A DNA stretch of 64,000 bases, taken from positions 1-64,000 of the forward strand of contig CAWJKT010000006.1 of the NCBI GenBank assembly GCA_963843375.1, in the 5' to 3' direction. This stretch comes from an uncultured Pseudomonadota bacterium. Its GTDB lineage: Bacteria; Oederibacteriota; Muellerivitia; Muellerivitales; Muellerivitaceae. The position numbers were made by a program, and so were the translations under genes. The notes beneath the pieces were generated by a model. That model was given only the letters and a program-made list of their open reading frames with translations, did not search any database and had not been told where the DNA came from. Below, piece after piece: positions 31,041-41,022 of the stretch. Position 1 is the first letter of the stretch. Each line of letters opens with the position of its first letter.

Positions 31041-32045
31041 TTAAAACTGGTATCCGACCCCAAAGTTGAGCAAGTATGGAGCGACTTGCTGATATCCATT
31101 TTCATCACGGTAGATAGGGATATAGATGGCAGCATTGGCCAGCAAGTGTGAATCGATCCTATCTTGAAGACCCGGGGTCAAATAAAAATTGGAATATCCA
31201 CTGTCTGCATTCCCAAACGCCGCGTCGCCCCCACCTTGATCATAGTTTCGAAACTGGTAGTGGATCTCGAGGGTGGGAATGAGACTAGTAGCTTCTTCAA
31301 TTCCATGAAATTGGTCCCCAATAGCCGCGTCGATGCTGTCTCCCGGCCGATATCCCTGGAAACTATAAAGGGCATGTTGCCACTGAGCCCTTATAAACCA
31401 GCTGCTAGGGCCCCAATTCCCGATTTTATAAGCTCCCAGTAATGTGTCCGTGGTACCCGTTCCTGGCTGGGTATCCTGGTCCATGATTGGAGTGCCCTGG
31501 TAATAAGCCCCGGCATCATTCGGACCAGACGGTAGCTTGAGCCCGAATTGTATGCCAAACGACATGTCATCGGACAAACCCATATATTCACCCGTGAGAC
31601 GAATATCCCCCAATGTGGTGGCGTTGGTGGACAATATTTGCGGGGTTACGCCCTGGCTGGCATCAGTTACGCCCGGAGTCCCGTTATTATCGGTGGCGAA
31701 ATATCGATTCCATACCGGTATCATCGCCATGAATGCCCAATCCCGATCAAAACGATGCGAAAAAAATAAATTAAAGAAGTTAGTTTCTACCTGCTTATCC
31801 GGGTTCAAGCCACCAGAAACAAGCCCCGAACCATGTTGAGTCTCATTCTGGTTCATGTAATCGTACTGTAAGGAAAAAGTTGTAGAGTAGTTCATATCTG
31901 GAAGACCAGGAACTGCTAGGTCAAAGATATTGCATCCGCAGGCACAGGCAGAAGCCAACTGAGGGACCGCCCCGATAATTACGATAATGGCTACAACCTC
32001 CAAAAACCGTCTCACTTTTAAATTTAATCGTTTAAATCGGTTCAT
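31041..32045 (-). CDS. Putative outer-membrane beta-barrel/transporter with N-terminal CACGC motif
   Basis: Signal peptide then CACGC; LGDIRL, GLKLPSG and QPGTGTTD motifs; terminal YQF. Confidence 0.65.
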   Translation of the reverse strand: MNRFKRLNLKVRRFLEVVAIIVIIGAVPQLASACACGCNIFDLAVPGLPDMNYSTTFSLQYDYMNQNETQHGSGLVSGGLNPDKQVETNFFNLFFSHRFDRDWAFMAMIPVWNRYFATDNNGTPGVTDASQGVTPQILSTNATTLGDIRLTGEYMGLSDDMSFGIQFGLKLPSGPNDAGAYYQGTPIMDQDTQPGTGTTDTLLGAYKIGNWGPSSWFIRAQWQHALYSFQGYRPGDSIDAAIGDQFHGIEEATSLIPTLEIHYQFRNYDQGGGDAAFGNADSGYSNFYLTPGLQDRIDSHLLANAAIYIPIYRDENGYQQVAPYLLNFGVGYQF

Positions 32046-32162
32046 GACTTCTCCTTTGTGAAAATAAAATTTGAGATAAAAATGTATGAAATTCGACATT
32101 GAATTCTCCTAAATTTGGAATCGCCGGTCTTCGCAAGAAAGACGGCGTTGACACTTCGATCT

Positions 32163-32552
32163 TTAGGCGAAATGGTCCAATTTAGGCGGAGGAGAGAGGG
32201 GTATTCGATTCCAGTCAAGGCGAGAAACAGAAACAAAGTAAGGTTTTCCAAAAATAAAAAATATTACGGCCAGCGCGGCGAAAACAATAGAACATAGGGG
32301 GCTCTTATTGGGCGAAGGAACCAAGGTTTTGGAAGGGTTTTCCTGTTCACTTCTCTCTTTTTGAATAAACCGGCAAAGGGGACAGGGGTGGTTTCCGTCA
32401 AAGGTATTGAGTAGGGCTTTTGACAATTTGGTTTCTTGAGAATAATTACGAAGCATATTGGCCCAGGCCACCGACTGCAGCATCAGCCATTGGCCTCCGA
32501 GAACCCAAAAAGCCAGGAAAATGAGAGCAAAACGAAAAGTTGTCCGTAACAT
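32163..32552 (-). CDS. DUF2946-like small protein with CxxC and Pro-rich C-terminus
   Basis: GGQWLMLQSVAW, FDGNHPCPLC, C-terminal PLSPPPK. Confidence 0.65.
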   Translation of the reverse strand: MLRTTFRFALIFLAFWVLGGQWLMLQSVAWANMLRNYSQETKLSKALLNTFDGNHPCPLCRFIQKERSEQENPSKTLVPSPNKSPLCSIVFAALAVIFFIFGKPYFVSVSRLDWNRIPLSPPPKLDHFA

Positions 32553-32802
32553 GGCACTTACTTAATCCAAAACCCAACGATTTGTCAAGGATCGGCCCTA
32601 AGCGACCCTAAGGCGCCGGATGATCTCATAGGGAGGGAAAGGGGATTCAACATTCCATGAAATAAACCTGATCGATTAAGTAAGATTAAGAGCGCGCTTA
32701 AGAGGTTTATGTGGGTTCATTCATGAGCCTGCTTACTTTATTTTAAATAGAGTCGATTCCCCCAATGTATCCGGCGAAGATGGCCAGGTTGGGATTGATT
32801 AA

Positions 32803-34047
32803 ATGACACACAAAGGACTACTCGTAATTTCCATGAAACCTATTTCGTTTCCCTCGGGCCAAGCCAAAAGTTCAAAAACCGGAAAAACATGGGCCGGTGA
32901 AAAAATTTATTTTCACGGTGACGATTATTTTCGGGATGTTCTGAAAGGCTTTCAGACGGCCCGGAAGAACATCGACATGGAAACCTATATTTTCGAGCCG
33001 GGGCTTTTGGGGAATCGAATCATTGATGCCCTTATTCGCGCCCAGCGACGTGGCGTGCGGGTCCGGCTGTTGGTGGACGGAGTGGGCTCCCCGGACTTCC
33101 TCGCTCATTATGGCCCGCGGTTAGAAAAGGCAAAGGTTCAGTTCCGGGTCTATCGTTCCTGGCCGACTTTCTTTTCCTCCATCCTCCAGCATTTCCAGTT
33201 TTTTAAACCCATTCGGTCATTCCAATACGCCCTTTCCCTTTGGAACAGTGGAAAACACCGGGATCACCGAAAGCAAACGATCGTGGACGGTCAAAAAGTT
33301 TGGATCGGAAGTTTCAATGTATCGGACTGGCATTTGGAAAAGGTGAAAGCAAAAGCGTCTTGGCGAGATACGGGTATCGGACTTTTGGGGGTCCATACCC
33401 TGGTTTTTCAATTGGCATTTCATGTCGCTTGGGAGGACCCTTGGCCCCACCATTTCGCCCGCTTGTACCGTCATTCCTTGATCAAGTGGCTCACCCATGA
33501 TATGGAAGGAAGCCCTATTCGCATGACGGTCAATCGGAAACTTCGGCGCGCTTTCCGCAGGGAGTTGCTTGAGCGAATCCAATCCGCCCACCACCGAATT
33601 TGGGTTCTGACGCCTTATTTTGTCCCCACCGGGCCTCTCTTGCGGGCCCTGGGGCGGGCAGCCAAGAGAGAATGCGAGGTGCGTTTGATACTGCCCGGCC
33701 AGTCCGATGTGCCGATGGTACGATGGGCTTCCATGATCTATTTTCCAGTTCTTTTGAAAGCAGGTTGCCGAATTTTTGAATTTCAAGACAGGGTTCTCCA
33801 CGCTAAAACGATATTAGTGGATGATTGGCTTTTAGTGGGTTCCGGGAATCTGGACCACCGAAGCCTGCGCAAGGATTTAGAAGTAAATGTTATTCCACGG
33901 GAAATGTTAACTTTTAGAAAATTAGTGAATCAATTTTCTGCAGATCTTTCCAATTGTCGGGAGGTGGGGCTGGCCGAACTCAAGAATAGGCCGTTATGGT
34001 CCCAAATGCTATCGGCCCTGTTTTTTCATTTTCGTTATTGGTTTTAA
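32803..34047 (+). CDS. Cardiolipin synthase (ClsB-like phospholipase D)
   Basis: Two HKD motifs: RDHRKQTIVDG and LHAKTILVDD. Confidence 0.88.
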   Translation: MTHKGLLVISMKPISFPSGQAKSSKTGKTWAGEKIYFHGDDYFRDVLKGFQTARKNIDMETYIFEPGLLGNRIIDALIRAQRRGVRVRLLVDGVGSPDFLAHYGPRLEKAKVQFRVYRSWPTFFSSILQHFQFFKPIRSFQYALSLWNSGKHRDHRKQTIVDGQKVWIGSFNVSDWHLEKVKAKASWRDTGIGLLGVHTLVFQLAFHVAWEDPWPHHFARLYRHSLIKWLTHDMEGSPIRMTVNRKLRRAFRRELLERIQSAHHRIWVLTPYFVPTGPLLRALGRAAKRECEVRLILPGQSDVPMVRWASMIYFPVLLKAGCRIFEFQDRVLHAKTILVDDWLLVGSGNLDHRSLRKDLEVNVIPREMLTFRKLVNQFSADLSNCREVGLAELKNRPLWSQMLSALFFHFRYWF

Positions 34048-34177
34048 CTTTTTCCTAACCTAATGGTTGTGACCTCGGGATATTCCCTCACGTCTTTTTA
34101 GTTTCCTTTAAATCGGGTATCATTTGGTTTTATTCCATCAGCTGGAAAACTGTGGTTGTGAAACCTGAAGGACAACG

Positions 34178-37100
34178 ATGGCCCGGAAAAAGAAAAACCT
34201 ATCCGAAGAACCTGGTGAGCTCCTTTACACCATGGCGCAAACTACGGATTCCCAAAAGGTCTCCCAACAGTTGTCCGAATTGCCGGATTTAAAACAACAC
34301 CGCGAGGCCCCCAAGATCACCGGTTACATGTTGTTGAAGCCTATCGGCCGGGGTGCCTATGCGGAGGTTTGGGAGGCCGTTCAGCTTCGCACACGTAAAT
34401 TTGTGGCGGTTAAGATCTTCACAAAGAAAAGCGGCGTTTATTGGTTTTATCTTCAACGGGAAGCGGATCGCTTGATCCGACTCGACAAACATCCCCATAT
34501 CGTTTCTCTGCTGGATGCCGATTTAAGCGGTGAGATTCCCTATTACGTGATGGATCTGGCCCAGGAGGGTTCCCTGGAAAAGCTGATGGAGAACCCCTCG
34601 GCGGGAAAGGAGGCTTTGGGAGCGGATGAGGTCGGGGGTTGGATGGAGGAGATCGCCCAAGCCCTGCAATATGTTCACTCCAAGCAGATGGTCCATTGCG
34701 ACCTGAAACCCGCCAACGTGCTTCTCGACGAGGAAAGGCATGTCCGAGTCGCGGATTTTGGAAACTCCCGGATATTGCGGGAATCCGGGGGAGCCCTGGG
34801 AACCCTTTTTTTTATGGCTCCCGAACAAGCCTTGATGGAGGATCCGGAAAACCCTCCCCAGCCCGATCCCCGATGGGACCTTTATGCCCTGGGATGCACT
34901 ATTTACGCCGTCCTTGCCCACCAAGTTCCCCACGCCGAAATCACGGACCAATTGGAAAAGGCTCCCGGTGTGAATGAACGCTTAAAAATTTATCGTGAAG
35001 CCATCGAACTCCAAATCGTACCGGATCTCTTCACCCGTACTAAAGGAGTGGTGGACAGGGATCTATCGGCGATTGTAGCCAAATGCATGAGGGCAAATCC
35101 CGATGAAAGATATAACTCCGCGGCCGAAGTGTTAAAGGACCTCAAGAACCGGGGGGAAGGAAAGCCGGTTAGCCCTCTCTCAAACGACATGGGCTATTGG
35201 CTGGGCAAATTTTTCCTGCGTTATCGGACGTCGGTTTTGGTCACTTGGGCCGCTCTTGGGGTGGTTTTAGCCGCCCTATTCATCGTGGCCAACCATCAAA
35301 AGGCCCAAACTCAGGACACCGCTTTTAATTATGTGCTTCGAGGAAGGGAATTTCTTGAAAAAGGGGATGAGGCCTCGGCCACCGCCTATTTTGCCGCTTC
35401 CAATAAAATGTTCCCGTCCCTCCTGGCCCGGGGCAACGCAGTATTACATATGCCCCCAATTCCAAAGCGCTTTTTCGCCCATGACGGAGCCGTGGTGGCG
35501 GTGGCTTACAGCCCGGATGGGAAGATCCTTTTGACAGCCGGTGGGGCCTCGGGCGCCAAGCTTTGGGACGCAGAGACGGGACTAGCCGTCAGCCGTCCGC
35601 TCAAGTTGGGTGGTATCTTGAGCGCCGCGGCCTTCAGTAAAGATGGTTCCAAATTAGTCTTGGGGGATTCGGAAGGGGACGTCCGGATTTTTGAAGTGGC
35701 CACTCAGAAAACCGTAGGACGGCCGATTGAACAGAGAAAAGAAATCACATCGGTATCCTTCAGCGAGGATGGCCAAAAAGTCCTGACTTCCAGCGCGGAC
35801 GGCAGCGCTCGGGAATGGGATGCCGCCACCGGAAGGCCTTTGGCCACCCCTATGGAACATGACCGGCCCCTCTATCTTGCGGCTTTTAACCCAAAATCCG
35901 ACAAGGTCTTGACGGTGGATAAGGAAGGCGCAGTCCAACTCTGGCAGGCGGATACCGGAAACGCTTTGGGGGATTCCATTCAGGTGGATCTCCGGGGAGC
36001 ACCGGCTTGGTATAAGCCAAGTGTGATCTTTAGCCCGGAGGGCAAAGGATTTCTGGTCTCCGGATGGGATGGAACGGTGAGGTTTTACGATAACAAGGCC
36101 CATAAGTCGGGTTACCCGCTTTTCCTGGACGGAATTGGCGCAAGGGCGGTTTACAGCCCGGACGGAAAACGCGTAATCACATCGGTTGTTTTTGGCGGGG
36201 CGGTGGGGTTGGCCCGTGTTTGGAATACCAAATCCCATCTTCCCTTGAAATTCAGCCTAAAAACTCCGGGCAAGATCATGGTGTTGGCTTTTAATTCGGA
36301 CGGAAGCCAGGTTTTAACCGGCGACACGGACCATGTCGTGCGGGTTTGGAACGCGCAAACAGGTGAACTGGTGGGCCACGCTTTTTGGCAAGGAGACATG
36401 ATTACCGCCGCTGCTTTCCAGCCCATGGGGGATAGTCTAGCGACCGGAGGCAAGGATGGGCTGGCCTGTCTTTGGAAAGGGAATGGTTCGGAGGAGGATC
36501 CGTCAATCCTCGACTGGGATAAATCCGGCCGGAAACACTTCAAGAAGCTTCAGGACCACGCCCTCTTCAGTCCCAATTTAAAGTTTCTTCTAACCTACGG
36601 GGGGAAGACTGCCTGCCTTTGGAACGCGGTCACCGGCAACCCCGTTGGGAAGGTTCTTGTCACGGGTGGACTCATCCTGAGGGCTATTTTTAGTCCTGAC
36701 GGTTCAAGCCTTCTGACTTGCGATAAGGACGATGAGGCCCGGCTATGGAATCTCGCCACGGATCAATTCCTGTCCCTTCCCCATAAAAAGGCTGTGCATG
36801 GCGGAGCCTTTAGTTCTGATGGAAAGAAAATCCTGACGGGGGGAGAGGAAAAAAGTTTGCGGCTGTGGAATGCTTTGACCGGTGAAGAATCGGGGAAACC
36901 GATTCAAACGGGCTTGGACATCACCAAGTCCCTTCTCTCCCCCGATGGGGAAAAAATGGCTGCCTTAGGATTGAACGGTAGTTTTAAACTTTATTTGCCC
37001 GATAAGAACGGTTCGAAGCCACTGGTGAAAGTGGATAAGGGAGTCAAAAGCGCGGTTTTCAGCGCCGATAGCCGGACTCTCCTATTGGTAGTGGGATCCA

Positions 37101-37651
37101 CAGCCACACAGTACGATGCCGAAACCGGCCAGGTGCTTTTCAACCTGAAACATGGTGTTGGACTTTCCGGGGCGATCTTGAGCCCGGATAACAAAACTGC
37201 GGCGACTTTGGGAGGGGACGGTAATATCCGGCTTTGGGACCTTAAAACAGGCTTGCCAATTGGAAATTCCTTGAAGCACGAGGGCTCTATCCAAGATTGT
37301 GCTTTCAGCCCCCACGGTGAGGCCCTTTTGGCCGCTTACCTGGACGGGGGTTGGCAATGGTGGGATACCCAAACAGGAGAGGCTATCGGAGAGGAAGTGT
37401 TTCAAGGCACGGTTGTGAGGGCCATCGGTTTTGATCCCGGAGGAAAAAGCCTCCAACTGCTTGGGAAAGACGATTCCCTGACAAAAGTCAAAGCGGATTG
37501 GGTCGGTCCACAGGCTGATTCGGACCGGCTTTTACTTGCCTCCCGGGTTGCGGGGCGGTGCCAGGTCAATTCCCAAGGTTCCCTGGATCAAGTGCCTGCG
37601 GATCAGTGGGTGAGATTATGGGTCGAATATCACAAGGCGGAAGACAAATGA
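34178..37651 (+). CDS. Ser/Thr protein kinase with TM segment and WD40 repeats
   Basis: IGRGAYAEV, VAVK, HCDLKPANVLL, DFG, MAPE; many WD repeats. Confidence 0.93.
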   Translation: MARKKKNLSEEPGELLYTMAQTTDSQKVSQQLSELPDLKQHREAPKITGYMLLKPIGRGAYAEVWEAVQLRTRKFVAVKIFTKKSGVYWFYLQREADRLIRLDKHPHIVSLLDADLSGEIPYYVMDLAQEGSLEKLMENPSAGKEALGADEVGGWMEEIAQALQYVHSKQMVHCDLKPANVLLDEERHVRVADFGNSRILRESGGALGTLFFMAPEQALMEDPENPPQPDPRWDLYALGCTIYAVLAHQVPHAEITDQLEKAPGVNERLKIYREAIELQIVPDLFTRTKGVVDRDLSAIVAKCMRANPDERYNSAAEVLKDLKNRGEGKPVSPLSNDMGYWLGKFFLRYRTSVLVTWAALGVVLAALFIVANHQKAQTQDTAFNYVLRGREFLEKGDEASATAYFAASNKMFPSLLARGNAVLHMPPIPKRFFAHDGAVVAVAYSPDGKILLTAGGASGAKLWDAETGLAVSRPLKLGGILSAAAFSKDGSKLVLGDSEGDVRIFEVATQKTVGRPIEQRKEITSVSFSEDGQKVLTSSADGSAREWDAATGRPLATPMEHDRPLYLAAFNPKSDKVLTVDKEGAVQLWQADTGNALGDSIQVDLRGAPAWYKPSVIFSPEGKGFLVSGWDGTVRFYDNKAHKSGYPLFLDGIGARAVYSPDGKRVITSVVFGGAVGLARVWNTKSHLPLKFSLKTPGKIMVLAFNSDGSQVLTGDTDHVVRVWNAQTGELVGHAFWQGDMITAAAFQPMGDSLATGGKDGLACLWKGNGSEEDPSILDWDKSGRKHFKKLQDHALFSPNLKFLLTYGGKTACLWNAVTGNPVGKVLVTGGLILRAIFSPDGSSLLTCDKDDEARLWNLATDQFLSLPHKKAVHGGAFSSDGKKILTGGEEKSLRLWNALTGEESGKPIQTGLDITKSLLSPDGEKMAALGLNGSFKLYLPDKNGSKPLVKVDKGVKSAVFSADSRTLLLVVGSTATQYDAETGQVLFNLKHGVGLSGAILSPDNKTAATLGGDGNIRLWDLKTGLPIGNSLKHEGSIQDCAFSPHGEALLAAYLDGGWQWWDTQTGEAIGEEVFQGTVVRAIGFDPGGKSLQLLGKDDSLTKVKADWVGPQADSDRLLLASRVAGRCQVNSQGSLDQVPADQWVRLWVEYHKAEDK

Positions 37652-37673
37652 AAATCCTGAATCCGGGTGTTTC

Positions 37674-39344
37674 GTGAAGGCTGTTGTGGAAGCCATCCGG
37701 CAGGGCGAAACGACCCTTCGCTTTGAAATTGGCGAGAACCATTCGGTTGTGCTTGGCCGTACTGACGAGTCCGATTGGCCAGTTCCTCATGAGAAATTTT
37801 TGAGTCGCAAACACCTGGAATTGCGCATGAAATCCGGGCGCTTGAATGTGAAGCGGTTGACCGGGACCACTAATCCCATCTTCCATCATGGAATGGAAAA
37901 GGAAGCTTTTTTTCTTGAGAACGGTGACCAGTTCGTAGTGGGTAAAACCCGTTTTCTTTTCTCCCTTTTAAGCTCCCACCGGGATGAGGTTAAGCCCAAC
38001 CTCAAGTTGTCGATGACTCCAGAGGAAGTCTATAAGGACGGCAGTATGGTTTCGGACCGCTTGCGCATTTTGGACCTGCTGGAACTCCCGGAAATCCTTC
38101 GGGAAAAATCGGATTCCGATTCTTTTGCCCATATCGCCAGTCTGCTGAGGTCAGTCAGCGGGGGCGGCTGGTCCCAAATCATGCGGCCGGGCGGAAGGGT
38201 ATTGGCGGTCGATTCGGCGATCGATTCAACGGGTTTCAAAACCAGCCGGACTCTCATTGAGGAGGCTTTGAAAAACGCCCCGCATCCCTTCCTTTATTGC
38301 TGGACCAGCGGCGAACAGAGCCTTTCCGCGACGCTTCAGGAAGGCGCGGATTGGGCGGTTTGCGCCGCCACCCAGATTCCCGGCGAGGACCCCCTTCTTT
38401 TTTACGTCGCGGGCCAAGGAGGGAACGAACCTATTCTCAAAGACAACTGCCGCCTCGTGGGCCTTATCGCCGATATGGTGGGCCGAAGCCTGTCCGTCCA
38501 GAGGCTGGAGGGCTTGAAGGAAAGGCTTCAGCGTTTTTTTTCCGGCCAAGTGGTTTCCAAAATTATCGAATCCTCGGATGCCGATGAGCTCAAACCTAAG
38601 CTCACTGAGGGAACGGTCATGTTTTTTGATATCCGGGGTTTTTCAAAGCTCACCGAGGGAAAGGCCGAGAAGATCCTGGAGAAAACCGGGGAACTCCAGG
38701 AAGTGATGACCGCCATGACCGAGGAAATCTTCAAGGAAAACGGGGTTGTACTTCAATTCTTAGGGGACGGTATCCTTGCCTGCTGGAACCTGCCTTTCCC
38801 CGACATAGAACACGTGAACCGGTCCTGCCGGGCGGCCTTGGCGATGGTTGCGGCCCTGGAGAAGGTCGCGCCCACTTGGCGCTGCGGGATAGGCATTCAT
38901 ACGGGTCAGGTCGTGGCCGGATCGATGGGGGCCAAACAACTTTTTTCATATACGGTGATGGGGCCGGTTGTCAACCAGGCATCCCGTTTGGAGGGCATCA
39001 CCAAAATCGTCGAGGTACCTATCCTGGTCACTCGGGAAGTGGCCGAAAAAATTTCACTGGAAACGCTGGGAGTGAGGCGCGTGGGAAAATTCCAACCGGC
39101 CGGCATGAACGTGTCCCTGGACCTTTTTGAGATTCACCCGCCTTCGGAAAATCTGGATCATGACAAACTTTTCGTAAAGGGTTTGGAGGAATTCGAGAAA
39201 GGCGCCTGGGAAAGCGCCTATGAGATTTTGGACCATCTGCCTCCCAGCGACCGTCCCGCTCGTTATATCAAGACCCTGGCGGAGATGTATCGCCGCCGTC
39301 CCCCGAAAGAATGGAAGGGTGTCATCGAGCTGTCGGAAAAATAA
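37674..39344 (+). CDS. FHA-domain adenylate/guanylate cyclase
   Basis: LGR..LSRKH FHA signature; MFFDIRGFS, FLGDGI, GIGIHTG, VNQASRLEG. Confidence 0.88.
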   Translation: MKAVVEAIRQGETTLRFEIGENHSVVLGRTDESDWPVPHEKFLSRKHLELRMKSGRLNVKRLTGTTNPIFHHGMEKEAFFLENGDQFVVGKTRFLFSLLSSHRDEVKPNLKLSMTPEEVYKDGSMVSDRLRILDLLELPEILREKSDSDSFAHIASLLRSVSGGGWSQIMRPGGRVLAVDSAIDSTGFKTSRTLIEEALKNAPHPFLYCWTSGEQSLSATLQEGADWAVCAATQIPGEDPLLFYVAGQGGNEPILKDNCRLVGLIADMVGRSLSVQRLEGLKERLQRFFSGQVVSKIIESSDADELKPKLTEGTVMFFDIRGFSKLTEGKAEKILEKTGELQEVMTAMTEEIFKENGVVLQFLGDGILACWNLPFPDIEHVNRSCRAALAMVAALEKVAPTWRCGIGIHTGQVVAGSMGAKQLFSYTVMGPVVNQASRLEGITKIVEVPILVTREVAEKISLETLGVRRVGKFQPAGMNVSLDLFEIHPPSENLDHDKLFVKGLEEFEKGAWESAYEILDHLPPSDRPARYIKTLAEMYRRRPPKEWKGVIELSEK

Positions 39345-39452
39345 AAGCCGGGACGACCAAGACCTTTACCGGCTATGGACCCTATGGGCGCATCCCCTCA
39401 GCTAAAAATTCAATTGTTGGTAAATAACCAGAGATGAAAGAATTAATTTCTT

Positions 39453-40895
39453 TTAATGAAGGTTGATGATTTTTCCAACCACGTGGCCCTGGGGCGTAGT
39501 GACCACCAGGTAATAGAGGCCATTGGCCAAGGGAACACCGTAATCGTCCATCATATTCAATTGGGTTTGGAATAGGCCTGCAGGGACATTTTGAAACGTG
39601 GATTCCTTAACTTTCCGGAAAGCAATGGTAAAAATTTTCAAATTCACTTGTCCCGCTGGATTATTTAAGACGAATTGGATGCTCACCGGTCCGGAGCCGA
39701 ATACGGGATTCGGGAAAATCGACAGGCCCCCAATGGGAGAGCTGTTGGAAGATGTGATCGTGGGGGTCAAGCTAATGGCTGGTGGATAGGTTGCCGTTGG
39801 AGAAAAAGTGGGGGTAAAGGTACGGGTCGGGGTGAAAGAACTGGTGGGTGTAGGGGTGGGAGTCGAAGTGGAAGTGGAGGTCAAAGTCCATGTCATGGTG
39901 GAAGTATTGACAGGGGTCCAAGTGATCGTAGGTGTTGGAGTGGGGGTATAAATTTGGGTCGGGGTGAATGAATTGGTTGGTGTCAAAGTGGGGGTCAAAG
40001 TGCAGGTCGGGGTTTCTGTCATGGTGGGGGTTGAGCTTTTGGTGACTGAGACCGCGGGGGTAAAAGTGGCTGTTCCACAAGAGGAGCTGTTGACGGAGGC
40101 GCTGAATCCGCTGCTAGTAAAGGGTATTCCACCGGTCCTCAGTTCGATGCCCGCCTCGATCGCTCCGAGGTACCAGGTCGATTGGATATAGCCTTGGGTC
40201 ACGCAGTAATTAATGAATGCCAGGATATTTACATTGTTGAAGGAAGTGGTGGGGGTGTCCGCCAGGAAGGCGATATAGTTCCACCCGATAGGACCCTCGT
40301 AAACATCCCAGGTTGTTGGAGAATTGCCGATGGCAATACCCGAGGCCTTCAACGATCCGGCCGGTCCGGTCCCAGGCATATAATCCAGCCAAATCATCAA
40401 TTCTGCTTCATGAGTAAAATTAGTGGCGCTTTCATCGAACCAAATGTCGTAAGCCGCATCCCAAAGATCGCTTCCCGTTTCGTTGGTAACGGCGATATTC
40501 CAACTGCTGGTGACGCAAGTAAGCGCGCTCACCTCAATGGGAAGGTTCGTTCCCGTGCTACAAGCCGTGCCGGTTTGGCAACCATAAACAATGGAGGGAT
40601 AGGAGGCCACCGTATCACCGCACCCAAAATTTCCCGCCGTCACTGAGAAATCTCCGGTGGCATTATTAATGGTCATGCATTGGGTGCCTGGACAAGATCC
40701 TTCGTTCCAAAAATTAGTCTGTACATAGTAGGAAGGTGTACTGGTCGTGTTGATGGTTAAGTATTGGGCGCAAGTATTCGTAACGCTTTGGGCTTGAATA
40801 GGTCTAACCGGTAAAAGGAAACCCATGGCCGCTAAAAGGAAGGGCATTCCCGCTGAAACTAAAATGGTTTTAAATTTTCTCAAGTGTTCCTTCAA
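39453..40895 (-). CDS. Secreted GH12 endoglucanase + Thr/Pro linker + C-terminal sorting-like domain
   Basis: ASYPSI, DAAYDIWF, ELMIWLD, IEAGIE; FPNP..FRKV..LANGLYY. Confidence 0.88.
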   Translation of the reverse strand: MKEHLRKFKTILVSAGMPFLLAAMGFLLPVRPIQAQSVTNTCAQYLTINTTSTPSYYVQTNFWNEGSCPGTQCMTINNATGDFSVTAGNFGCGDTVASYPSIVYGCQTGTACSTGTNLPIEVSALTCVTSSWNIAVTNETGSDLWDAAYDIWFDESATNFTHEAELMIWLDYMPGTGPAGSLKASGIAIGNSPTTWDVYEGPIGWNYIAFLADTPTTSFNNVNILAFINYCVTQGYIQSTWYLGAIEAGIELRTGGIPFTSSGFSASVNSSSCGTATFTPAVSVTKSSTPTMTETPTCTLTPTLTPTNSFTPTQIYTPTPTPTITWTPVNTSTMTWTLTSTSTSTPTPTPTSSFTPTRTFTPTFSPTATYPPAISLTPTITSSNSSPIGGLSIFPNPVFGSGPVSIQFVLNNPAGQVNLKIFTIAFRKVKESTFQNVPAGLFQTQLNMMDDYGVPLANGLYYLVVTTPQGHVVGKIINLH

Positions 40896-41022
40896 TTCGC
40901 TAATGAAAATCGTTGAATGAAGCCATATGGAAAATATGCCACTAAAATCCCCAAAATGGAAAGAAAAGGTGAAAGTTTCGGGTTTTAAAGATTTCGGGGT
41001 ACCGGAAGCACTTCTTAATTGT

